A stretch of 64,000 nt of DNA from Amphiscolops sp. MND2022 (Eukaryota): assembly GCA_964187785.1 (NCBI GenBank), contig OZ076409.1, forward strand, positions 23,810,001 to 23,874,000. The letters run 5' to 3'. The position numbers were made by a program, and so were the translations under genes. The notes under the pieces were generated by a model, which was given only the letters and a program-made list of their open reading frames with translations, was not told where the DNA came from and searched no databases. Positions within the stretch are counted from its first letter, which is position 1. Each line of letters begins with the position of its first letter. Of the stretch, positions 8,237 through 17,577 are shown piece after piece.

Positions 8237-11200
8237 ATGAGAACCTGCGACAAGTGCCAGAAAACATTTCCCAACAAAAACAATCTTCGCCAACATCGAC
8301 GAAATGTTCACAAAATCCCTGCTAACCTCTTCCCCATGGAATGCGATGTTTGCCACAAGATGGAGCTATCCGTCGCCCTATCTGATCAACACTTTCGCGC
8401 GAAACACGGAACCCAGTTACAAAAGATGTGCGTGTATTGTGGAGTCGCATTCGATGACGCCCAAAAATTCTTCAAACACTTGTTAGAGAAACATGATCTA
8501 CCACCACCTATCGATTCTATCAAGGAGAAAACGAAACCAATCTCATCCGCTTTCAATGGGGCTCTCAAAGTATTCAAAATTATTGGATCAGGAGAAAACG
8601 ACTTGATGCAGTTCATGAATGATGTCAAACCACAAATTGATCAACTGGTTAGCGAAAATGTAAACCACACAAGTCAGAAAATGCATCTCGTTTTGAGAAC
8701 AGAGCTTTCAAAGCCGACAAAGGGAGAAGAAACTGAACTTTTTCTTCGATCACACATGGTACCTGTTTACGGCAATACCCTGCCGCAAGATGATTTCCTG
8801 GCAGCAGTGGATAAAATGATCAACACTTTGTTTACGTTCACTGCTTCCGGAAGTGGGTGGATACTGGATAAAATAACTGAGCTAGACATTAAATTTGCCA
8901 CCTTCAATCCAATTCGGGGATCCTCCTACCTTCCTACTCCACCAGAACTGGAGGCACCGCATTTACTGCTCAACATTCGCAACCGACAAGATCACAATTG
9001 TTTTTTGTACTGCTTTACAGCTGCGTGGCACCTGAAACATGGACCTCTACTCTATGTGGCTAGCCGGGATTCAATTGGGAGACGAACGAGCCCTGAAACC
9101 TACTCGTCACGAAATCAATTAGCCCATCAAGCAGTGGGTGACTATGAAATGCCCATGGGCTTTGGACAAATGTTACGATTTGAAAAACTGAACAAGTGCA
9201 ACGTTAACGTTTTCCGTTATACTGAAAACGAACTAGTTCCACTGAGAGTTTCCCGTGAAGACAACACTTTCAATGTTGATTTATTGTTAGTGGATGATGG
9301 ACAGGAGTATCACTACGTTCTGATACTGGACCTTTTGAGACTCGTCAACTTGATCAAAGGAACAACATCGTTGTTTCAGAGAGTACTCTGCAGAAACTGT
9401 TTTCACATCTGCACTGATGAAATGGTTTACAAACGTCACCAAGTTAGTTGCCTGCATCACAAGCCCGCAGTTGTGAAAATGCCTCCGCCAGAAAAAAACC
9501 GGTTGAAATTTAAAAACTTGGGTGCGAGATGGTTTGCCCCGGTGGTTATCTACTTTGATCTCGAATCAATCCTTCAGCCACTTGCCGGCTGCCAAAAAGA
9601 AAATGAATCAACAAGCATCAGTGAACTACACAAACCTAGCGGTTTCTGCTTTGTTGGTATTGAACATGGTAACCCTACCCCAATTTTCATGCAGCTTGAA
9701 CGTTCTGAAAACTGCATGGAAAAATTCATTGAAGCACTTGAGAAAATTGCTCACGAAATGAATACAAGAAAGCAAAACCATCGTTACTTTTCTGATGCAC
9801 TACCAGAAAGACCTCAAGAAGCACAATTTTGTTGGATCTGCGAAGGTCAGTTTGGGTTGAATAGAGACATAGAAGACGACAAAGTCATCGACCATTGTCA
9901 CTACTCGGGAAAGTTTCTCGGTTTCGCACACCCAGAATGTAATATCAACAGGAAAACAACAAACTTCATTCCAGTCATAGCTCACAACTCGTCAAACTAT
10001 GACTTGCATCATGTTTGTATGTATATCCACAAGTTCAAACCAGGTTGCAAACTTGATGTAATACCGTCAACAGATGAAAAATACATAACTTTGTCAATCG
10101 GAGTGCCCGTTAGAACATACCAAGATAAAAATGGGGTGACAAAGACGGTATTCGAGTATCTGCGATTTATAGACTCATACCGATTCATGGGTGCTTCGCT
10201 GGAAAAGTTAGTTTCATACTTGCCGGAAGATAAGTTTGAAATACTTGACAAAGTCTTTCCTGATTATTCTAAAGAAGAACGAAACCTCTTACATCAAAAG
10301 GGCTATTATCCATACTCCTACTTTGACAACTTTGAAAAGTTTCAAGAAGAGAAGCTACCACCGAGAGAACAATGGAAAGATTCGCTGCGCAATGGAGAAG
10401 TTATGATTACTGAGGATCAATGGCAACACGCAGAAAAGGTTTACGAGCAGTTCCAATGCGAAAACTTGGGTGATTACCACAATTTGTACCTTTTAACTGA
10501 CACTCTACTCTTGGCATGCGTGGTTGAAGAATTTCGTAGCCTCTGTTATAAGACCTATGGCTTGGACAGTGCACACTATTTTACTTGCTCCCACTTATCT
10601 GGCGATGCTTTCTTGAAAATATGTCGGGCAGACATTGAACTTTTAACTGATCGCTCCCACCTGGAAATGGTTGAAAATATGATTAGAGGAGGTGTATCTT
10701 CAGTGTTTGACAAGAGACTTTTCAAGGCAAACAACAGATACCTAGATGACCACAACACCGGAGAATATGACACTTATGGTGTATTACTCGACGCAAACAA
10801 CTTGTATGGCGGTGTCATGGAAAAACTGCCACTGCCATTGAACAGCTTTGAAACAGTTCAAAACATTAATCTGAGCAAAATATTGGAAACATCTAACGAC
10901 TCTGAAGAAGGATACATTCTAGAAGTGGACCTTCATTACCCCGATAAGCTTCATGATGGACATGAAGATTTTCCACTGGCTCCAACCAAAGAAAGAATCT
11001 ACTACAAAAGTCTGGGAGAAAGTCAACAAGAGTTGTTGGAAAAGATGGGTGAAACTAGACCTTTTAGTCAAGGTAAAAAGCTGATTCAATCACTGTCTGA
11101 CAAAAAGAACTATACTGTCCATTATATAACACTGAAGCTCTACGTTAGCCTTGGCATGGAAGTGAAGAAAGTACATCGAGTGTTAAAGTTCAAACAAACA

Positions 11201-12631
11201 AAATGGTTGAAACCATATATGGAGCTAAATACCGCAAAGAGAAAAGAATCTCGAAACAAGTTCGAAGAGAGTTTCTTCAAACTCATGAACAATTCTTGCT
11301 ACGGTAAAACTCTGGAAAGTAAACGGAACCGCGTGAGTGTACAACTTATCGCCAACAGCGAAGCTCTATTGAGGAGGACAGACACCCCCTTTTTCCATGA
11401 GTTCAAGATTTTCCACGAGAATCTAGCAGCTATATCTTCAAGAAAAAAATCCTTCACGTGGAACAAACCTACAATAGTTGGGGCTGCTGTACTAGACTTG
11501 GCAAAATACATCATGTTTGATTTCCATTACAATGTGATGAAGAAACATCTCAATTGCTTTGTGTTGTACTCGGACACAGACTCATTGCTATACGAAGTGA
11601 AACATACAGATTTCTATGATGAGCTTGCCAGAAACGCAGAGTTGCGTCAATATTTTGACTTGTCAAATTACCCCACAGATCATAAACTCTATAACGCCGA
11701 CAACAAAATGGTAACACTCAAGTTCAAAGATGAGCTAGGAGGAACACCCATCGAAGAATTTGTAGGCCTCAAGCCAAAAATGTATTCCATCTTGGCAGGC
11801 GGGAAGCAAAAGTTATCAGCGAAGGGCGTCACCAAATTCGCTCAACGAAAGCTAACACATGAGCTTTTCAAAACAATTCTGCAGACGGGTGATTCTTTCA
11901 AGACCTTAAACACCCGGATCGGATCAACCCGACACCAATTGCAAACTATCAAGACCAACAAGCTGTCACTGAGCTCCTTTGATGATAAGCGCTATGTATT
12001 AGAAGACGGCATCTCAACCTTACCCCATGGTCACTACATGATCAGGGATGTTCATGTTGAGCAAGACATTTTGGATGAACCAGAATGGGGATATGAAGAT
12101 GAAGAAATGCCAACAAGTCCCACTTGGGATGAACTAAATGGTATCGATCCCCAAAACACAATCTCCCAAGTCTTTCCAGATGAGGCTCCGATGCCGGGGA
12201 ATGCCCGTCTTCCGTCACCATTGCGACTACCTGAAGATGAGTCAATCTCACTCACTCAAGAATTGATGGAAGCATGGTCACCACCTGATCCGGGGATGCA
12301 TCAAAGAGAATACAGTGATTCCGAGCTGGAAGGCGAAACAAACTTGGACGAAACTCGAGAAGAGCAGAGCCCTCCCAGAAACCCATTCATCGACGACGAG
12401 GCGACAGAAGTTTCCGATGCAGATGGCCAGCTCGAAGGAGAAGAGGATGAATCAGACCCAAATGACTGCGTGATTGTTGAGACACTAACGGAAGATGAGG
12501 CAAACGCCATCGAAGACTTGGAATACCTAATCGATTTTGACAATTGGTTCAGCGACGATGAATTTGTGAACCGGATTAAAAGAGCGAAACGGAGAAGGAT
12601 GGAGATTGTGAGCGACAGCGAGAGCGAATAG
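8237..12631 (+). CDS. Protein-primed family B DNA polymerase (pPolB)
   Basis: ExoI YFDLES, ExoII HNSSNYD, ExoIII YLLTD, IRGG, DANNLYG, KLMNNSCYGK, YSDTDS, KPKMY; three N-terminal C2H2 fingers; endonuclease VII-like insert (CWIC..DHCHYSGKFLGFAHPECN); 1464 aa intact. Confidence 0.97.
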   Translation: MRTCDKCQKTFPNKNNLRQHRRNVHKIPANLFPMECDVCHKMELSVALSDQHFRAKHGTQLQKMCVYCGVAFDDAQKFFKHLLEKHDLPPPIDSIKEKTKPISSAFNGALKVFKIIGSGENDLMQFMNDVKPQIDQLVSENVNHTSQKMHLVLRTELSKPTKGEETELFLRSHMVPVYGNTLPQDDFLAAVDKMINTLFTFTASGSGWILDKITELDIKFATFNPIRGSSYLPTPPELEAPHLLLNIRNRQDHNCFLYCFTAAWHLKHGPLLYVASRDSIGRRTSPETYSSRNQLAHQAVGDYEMPMGFGQMLRFEKLNKCNVNVFRYTENELVPLRVSREDNTFNVDLLLVDDGQEYHYVLILDLLRLVNLIKGTTSLFQRVLCRNCFHICTDEMVYKRHQVSCLHHKPAVVKMPPPEKNRLKFKNLGARWFAPVVIYFDLESILQPLAGCQKENESTSISELHKPSGFCFVGIEHGNPTPIFMQLERSENCMEKFIEALEKIAHEMNTRKQNHRYFSDALPERPQEAQFCWICEGQFGLNRDIEDDKVIDHCHYSGKFLGFAHPECNINRKTTNFIPVIAHNSSNYDLHHVCMYIHKFKPGCKLDVIPSTDEKYITLSIGVPVRTYQDKNGVTKTVFEYLRFIDSYRFMGASLEKLVSYLPEDKFEILDKVFPDYSKEERNLLHQKGYYPYSYFDNFEKFQEEKLPPREQWKDSLRNGEVMITEDQWQHAEKVYEQFQCENLGDYHNLYLLTDTLLLACVVEEFRSLCYKTYGLDSAHYFTCSHLSGDAFLKICRADIELLTDRSHLEMVENMIRGGVSSVFDKRLFKANNRYLDDHNTGEYDTYGVLLDANNLYGGVMEKLPLPLNSFETVQNINLSKILETSNDSEEGYILEVDLHYPDKLHDGHEDFPLAPTKERIYYKSLGESQQELLEKMGETRPFSQGKKLIQSLSDKKNYTVHYITLKLYVSLGMEVKKVHRVLKFKQTKWLKPYMELNTAKRKESRNKFEESFFKLMNNSCYGKTLESKRNRVSVQLIANSEALLRRTDTPFFHEFKIFHENLAAISSRKKSFTWNKPTIVGAAVLDLAKYIMFDFHYNVMKKHLNCFVLYSDTDSLLYEVKHTDFYDELARNAELRQYFDLSNYPTDHKLYNADNKMVTLKFKDELGGTPIEEFVGLKPKMYSILAGGKQKLSAKGVTKFAQRKLTHELFKTILQTGDSFKTLNTRIGSTRHQLQTIKTNKLSLSSFDDKRYVLEDGISTLPHGHYMIRDVHVEQDILDEPEWGYEDEEMPTSPTWDELNGIDPQNTISQVFPDEAPMPGNARLPSPLRLPEDESISLTQELMEAWSPPDPGMHQREYSDSELEGETNLDETREEQSPPRNPFIDDEATEVSDADGQLEGEEDESDPNDCVIVETLTEDEANAIEDLEYLIDFDNWFSDDEFVNRIKRAKRRRMEIVSDSESE

Positions 12632-12649
12632 GACTTCATATTACTTCAT

Positions 12650-12811
12650 ATGCTACTAGCTAGTCTTTGTGCTAAAGTTATTGTTTTACTTTGTATTGTT
12701 CTCAAGTACCTGTTGAGTAAACTTTCAAAAAGTTACAAGTGCTTCAGTAACTGTGAATTCAGTGTTGTTTTGCTCTCATTTTATTGGCCGACGCGTTGTC
12801 TAATAGCATAG
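12650..12811 (+). CDS. Possible 53-aa hydrophobic micro-protein
   Basis: MLLASLCAKVIVLLCIVLKYLL..., 19 nt after the pPolB stop, followed by AATAAA near 12833; below the ORF track cutoff. Confidence 0.25.
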   Translation: MLLASLCAKVIVLLCIVLKYLLSKLSKSYKCFSNCEFSVVLLSFYWPTRCLIA

Positions 12812-12880
12812 GAGATTCTCCAAAAGCCGTAGAATAAAAGCTTTCAGTTGAAAAACAAGTCCATAAATGAATTAAAAAAC

Positions 12881-13952
12881 AAAATACTAGCTTTATTGCC
12901 GCCCCCGCAGGCCTAATCGCGGCCCCGCAGCCGTAAAATGGAAAAAACTTGGGTAAAAAAGCAAAATACTAGGCTTTATTGCCGCCTCCGCTGGCCTAAT
13001 CGAGGCCCCACAGCCGTAGAATGGAAAAAACTTGGGTAAAAAAGCAAAATATTAGGCTGTATTGCCACCCCCACAGGCCTTACTGCGGCCCCGCAGCCGT
13101 AAAATGGAAAAAACCTGGGTAAAAAAGCAAAATAGTAGGCGTTATTGCCGCCCCCGCAGGCCTAATCGCGGCCCCGCAGCCGTAGAATGGAAAAAACTTG
13201 GTTAAAAAAGCAAAATACTAGGCGTTATTGCCGCCCCCGCAGGCCTAATCGCGGCCCCGCAGCCGTAAAATGGAAAAAACTTGGGTAAAAAAGCAAAATA
13301 CTAGGCTTTATTGCCGCCCCCGCAGGCCTAATCGCGGCCCCACAGCCGTAGAATGGAAAATCTTTGGGTAAAAAAGCAAAATATTAGGCTGTATTGCCAC
13401 CCCCACAGGCCTTACTGCGGCCCCGCAGCCGTAAAATGGAAAAAACTTGGGTAAAAAAGCAAAATACTAGGCTTTATTGCCGCCCCCGCAGGCCTAATCG
13501 CGGCCCCACAGCCGTAGAATGGAAAATCTTTGGGTAAAAAAGCAAAATATTAGGCTGTATTGCCACCCCCACAGGCCTTACTGCGGCCCCGCAGCCGTAA
13601 AATGGAAAAAACCTGGGTAAAAAAGCAAAATACTAGGCGTTATTGCCGCCCCCGCAGGCCTAATCGCGGCCCCGCAGCCGTAGAATGGAAAAAACTTGGT
13701 TAAAAAAGCATAATACTAGGCTTTATTGCCGCCCCCGCAGGCCTAATCGCGGCCCCGCAGCCGTAAAATGGAAAAAACTTGGGTAAAAAAGCAAAATACT
13801 AGGCTTTATTGCCGCCCCCGCAGGCCTAATTGCGGCCTCACAGCCGTAGAATGGAAAAAACTTGGGTAAAAAAGCAAAATACTAGGCTTCAATGCCGCCC
13901 CGCAAGCGTAATTGCGGCCTCAAAACCGTAGAATGGAAAAAAACTTGGTTGA
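12881..13952. repeat. Tandem array, 13 units of ~83 bp
   Basis: Unit AAAATACTAGGCTTTATTGCCGCCCCCGCAGGCCTAATCGCGGCCCCGCAGCCGTAAAATGGAAAAAACTTGGGTAAAAAAGC; starts at 12881, 12963, then every 83 bp to 13876; last unit degenerate. Confidence 0.97.
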
Positions 13953-14466
13953 AAGTAGAAATGGAGTAAAGAATTTGAAAGCAACAAATAGATACCAACT
14001 AATAGGACTGATGGGTAATACATAGGTATATTAATCAACGCGAAAGCCTCTTGCCCTAACTGGTGATATGCTCGTTTGTGTTGTGTGTGTGTATGTGTGG
14101 GTATGTGTATGTGTTCTTTCTATCACTATCTCATTCTTTCTCTATGCTTGTCTCCGTGTTTTAGTGCACCATAGATGACCAACTGGTGCTAGATCACACT
14201 TGATAATTTGATTAAAGGATACGTTATAAATCAAAGCTTTCGATCAATACACTTCAGATCCTGAAAAATGTTGGTCATCCTTGTACACGTGCCCGACTCC
14301 CAAAAAAAAACGTGCGGATTCCTCCCACAACCGCTCGAAAACACCGCAAGCGGTGACACATTTTGATCCCCACCTTAACCCTGTTGCTAGTGAACAAACG
14401 TTGAAAATGTAATTCGAAACTCAACCTCATAAGTGTTAAATGAAAAGATCCACACACAGAAAGAGT

Positions 14467-15000
14467 TTATTTCTTCAAAGCATCAAAAAATGCAAGACAC
14501 ATATTGCCCGCGAGATGAGGTTCATTGCAAGAAAAAGCACAGTTTTTAATTCCTGCTAGATTAAGGAGTTTTCTAACCATAGGCAATTTTTCTGTGCCGA
14601 TCAACCCACCAGATTTTGCTGGCGTTAATGTTACAACAGTGGCTCCATGTCGGCCGACACGTTTTCTATCGATAGTTTCCACTCCTGCCGTTCCTCTTTT
14701 CACAGTTAGAACAGCCCGATCAGCGGCTTGTTTGGCCTTCTCAGTTGCCAGAGCCTCGCTTTTGCCACAGTAAACACCAAAGCCGAACTTTCCTTCCCCA
14801 TCGCCATATCCAACATACACACGGTATTTTTTTCGTTTGTCTTCTCTATTTTTTTCAAAAATTGGAATTACTTTGAAGACTTGGAATTGCATTCGGTCAT
14901 CGATAGTTACAATGGTTTGGTGGGGGGTACGTCTCATTGTCAAACTCAAATCCTCGTCATTGACTTCCCAGATGAAGCGTTTGATTAACTCGTATTCCAT
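14467..15000 (-). CDS. Divergent ribosomal protein uS5 (eukaryotic RPS2)-like protein, intronless
   Basis: Aligns by eye with the RPS2 core: [144 protein letters not shown]. Upstream TATAAATA and AATAAA overlapping the stop. Confidence 0.82.
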   Translation of the reverse strand: [177 protein letters not shown]

Positions 15001-16504
15001 TTTTTCGAAAGCCTGGAGTGTAAAATGCGGATTTGACGAGGGGAATTAACGTTCATGACCCTAACTTGACCACATTCATTTTCTTTCGTGGTGAAAATTT
15101 ATCAGTAAGAACGTGAATTCTCATATGTATTTATAAAGGAAAACCATCACTCGGGGATGAAAAAACCACTTGTCGCGCCTAAAGGCTTTTGAAAGTATGT
15201 GGTAAAGAATTACTTGCTATGAATTGAATAAGTAATGAGATCTGCAAAACATAATTGATTGTTTGATTTTTGGGAGTGCAAGTAGTTTTTGAAAGCCCCT
15301 GGTTTGAAATTGAGAACTAACCTTGAAGTAGTTTGCGTTTAACCAGTTGATAATATTCAGTTGATCGGTTGAATGAGGGTTGATATCTTTATGCAACGTT
15401 GCTTGTTTTTCATTGACAAATGCTTTTCATTAAAAAAAATCGTGAATTTTTAAATTGAGATTACCTGGTTTAGTTAATTTCAATCGATTTCCAAAGATCC
15501 ACCTTCTTAGAATAGAGTTTAGTTACTTTTATCTTCCATTATTGAAATGGAAAGGCAAAATTGAGAACTTTTTCCTACCCCCTCCCCTTTTCAAGATGAT
15601 GTTTTTACAAATAATCATATCTCAATTGAGTTACCAATAAAATAGTTCACCAAATTATAAAAGTTTAAAATAATGACATATCTTTTGAAAAAATTGTTTA
15701 ATTCTTTTCCGTCATTTTGACTCTCTTAAATGAATTTTGCGAAACTTTTAATATGATATTGTCAAATATAATCCTTTATATTGATTAGGTTTTACTTGAA
15801 AAGTGTTATTTGAAAAAAATGAAAAGACTTATTTGAAGAAATAATGAATGATAGACGAATACAATCCTTTATGTTGATTATGTTTCCTTTAAAAAGCGCA
15901 GGGGTGGGGGGAAGGAAAAAGAGCCCACAATTGCTTATGAAAAACAAGCAGCAGCTATAAATCCACCTTGTAACACCTAGTCGTTGTTCCGGATTGTTTA
16001 TGATAATTAGAACAGTAGATCGTCTTCAAGTGAATCTATTCGACTCCTTTTGAAAACTTCGATTCAATCTTAATTTGTTGCCGAGAACAAAGGAATCCAG
16101 CTGATGCAAACACAAAGTTTGCAAATTTTAGCAAAACTTTGGCCGATTGTTTACAATTTGGGGAGACAAATTGAAGTTCCAGAGATAAACGAGTGGTTTC
16201 TATTTGTTATTCTTGAGCTTCGTCAACAATGCAAGCTAATAACAGGCGCCGACAGCAAAAGGTTTCCCGCTTGAGGTATTTGAATTAACAACTCAAAAAG
16301 AGCCTGGAAATATTTTTCGTCTGCGAACCAAAATTTCCAAGGTCATAAAATTATAGAACTCTTCTAATACGATCCCTTTATAACGATCCCTTTCAAACGA
16401 TCTAATACGATTCTTTATAAGTGTACAGTTGATAAAATTCATCGTTTCCGCGTACAGAACAAGAAAGTCCATATAAATGTACAAACTGGAATTCGTAAAT
16501 TCAA

Positions 16505-16575
16505 AAGCCCATGGTCTAGGGGTAAGAAGCCTGCTTGGTGGTCGAAGGTCCCCGGTTCGAATCCGGGACTTGGCA
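16505..16575 (+). ncRNA. tRNA-derived (pseudo-tRNA) Pol III unit
   Basis: A-box TGGTCTAGGGG, perfect T-arm CCCGG-TTCGAAT-CCGGG (B-box), TTTT at 16580; acceptor and anticodon stems do not pair. Confidence 0.55.
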
Positions 16576-16646
16576 AAAATTTTGTAAAATTTCAAACCCC
16601 CCCCCCCCGTGTTTAGCACGGTCCGTTAATAAATCCAACTACTTAC

Positions 16647-17065
16647 GTCGGAGCCATATCTAAGTCTCAAAAATAGCAAAAGAAGTTCAAAGTGTCAAGT
16701 ATTCTCTTCTACAGTACCAGAGAAACTCAAAAGTTGGACCAAACTGGCGCGGTGAAAGGGGTCCCTTTCAGATTTTTTAACATCCATTCTGTTACAAAAT
16801 ATCAAAATGAAGGGGACCTTTTGGAGACATTGAAAAATTTTCGAAAAAATGTCTCACAATGCCGAAAAATATGAAAGGACCTCGCACGGTATTGTATGTT
16901 ACGCTGAAAAAAAAGGAACAACCTCTATAGTTCAGTTCCCTGGGCCAAATGGTCCAATTTGACACCTTGAAATTTCGTAGAACTTTGTAGAAATTTATTG
17001 GTCAGTTCGTGTGGATTGAAAAGTCACTCGTATAGTCGTGTTTCACTTCATGAAGCGCCGACTAA
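16647..17065 (-). mobile_element. HINE-like (non-autonomous Helentron) family A, truncated at the Polinton junction
   Basis: GTCGGAGCCATATCTAAG..CAAAAATAGC at left and GCGCCGACTAA hairpin end at right, matching the copy at 63333-63705; terminal stem-loop missing. Confidence 0.7.
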
Positions 17066-17385
17066 CAAGAAAGTAGAAGCCACTGTTTGTCTCATTTGAA
17101 ATACATCAAGTTTTAAAAAGTTAATCTGAAACGCGGAGTTCTGTTTTTTTTTGCGCAAAACAAATGTTACGTATCAATTAGGAAATATATATATCAGGAA
17201 GCTATTTTTTGAAATTTTGAAACTACTAACCAAAATTTTCATGCATTGGTTTTGTTCTGTTTTGCACTGCTTCGAATCTGTGTAGTGAATTATTTAATTC
17301 ATCAATTTGATAGTAGTTTCTAGTTATTTGAATTAATGTAACATTATAATACATATTGAAATAGCAATGTACTGCTTCCTTGAAG

Positions 17386-17577
17386 GGAAGGGCAATAAAA
17401 GTGATCGCTAAGCGCTTCAACGTGCCTGGGGTGACCAACTCCAACCGAGGCTACAGAGGCAGAGGCCGCGGTATGTACCGGGGAGGCGGGTACAGAGGAG
17501 GCTTCGGGGGGTATCGCCCCGTGTACCGTGGACGAGGAGGGTTCCGACCCCGCAGAAACTGGTACTCGCCCTATTAA
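17386..17577 (+). CDS. PABPN1: Nuclear poly(A)-binding protein PABPN1, terminal exon only
   Basis: Acceptor ttccttgaag| then GRAIKVIAKRFNVPG (end of RRM; human GRQIKVIPKRTNRPG), RG-rich tail, C-terminal WYSPY. Confidence 0.85.
   Translation, partial: GRAIKVIAKRFNVPGVTNSNRGYRGRGRGMYRGGGYRGGFGGYRPVYRGRGGFRPRRNWYSPY

Larger units (their letters stand above)
1..16643 (+). mobile_element. Polinton/Maverick (endogenous Polintovirus/adintovirus-like); left end outside window, right end inferred at 16643
   Basis: Compact, intronless, often overlapping ORFs for ATPase, RVE integrase, penton, core protein, MCP, adenain and pPolB (162-12631). Right end inferred from ACTACT at 16638-16643, which abuts a truncated host repeat. 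Core region is secure; exact boundary is less so. Confidence 0.93.

Noticed and set aside
8304..12639. Short overlapping and antisense ORFs within pPolB (and likewise within AKAP10, gag-pol and CCDC39)
   Set aside because: Shadow frames of long real genes.
12881..13952. CRISPR-like array
   Set aside because: Whole units are repeated with no unique spacers; no cas genes; eukaryotic context.
14070..14160. GT/CT-rich stretch as the Polinton terminus
   Set aside because: No clear terminal CTCT/ACTACT or junction with host sequence; 16643 is a better candidate, though unproven.
14467..15000. The host's real RPS2 gene or a recent processed pseudogene
   Set aside because: Too divergent and truncated for the cellular gene, yet free of stops and with no poly(A) tract.
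16104..16274. 56-aa ORF (MQTQSLQIL..) near the element end
   Set aside because: Short, no motif, in-frame stop just upstream; cannot be supported.
16505..16575. Functional tRNA gene
   Set aside because: Acceptor and anticodon stems cannot pair.
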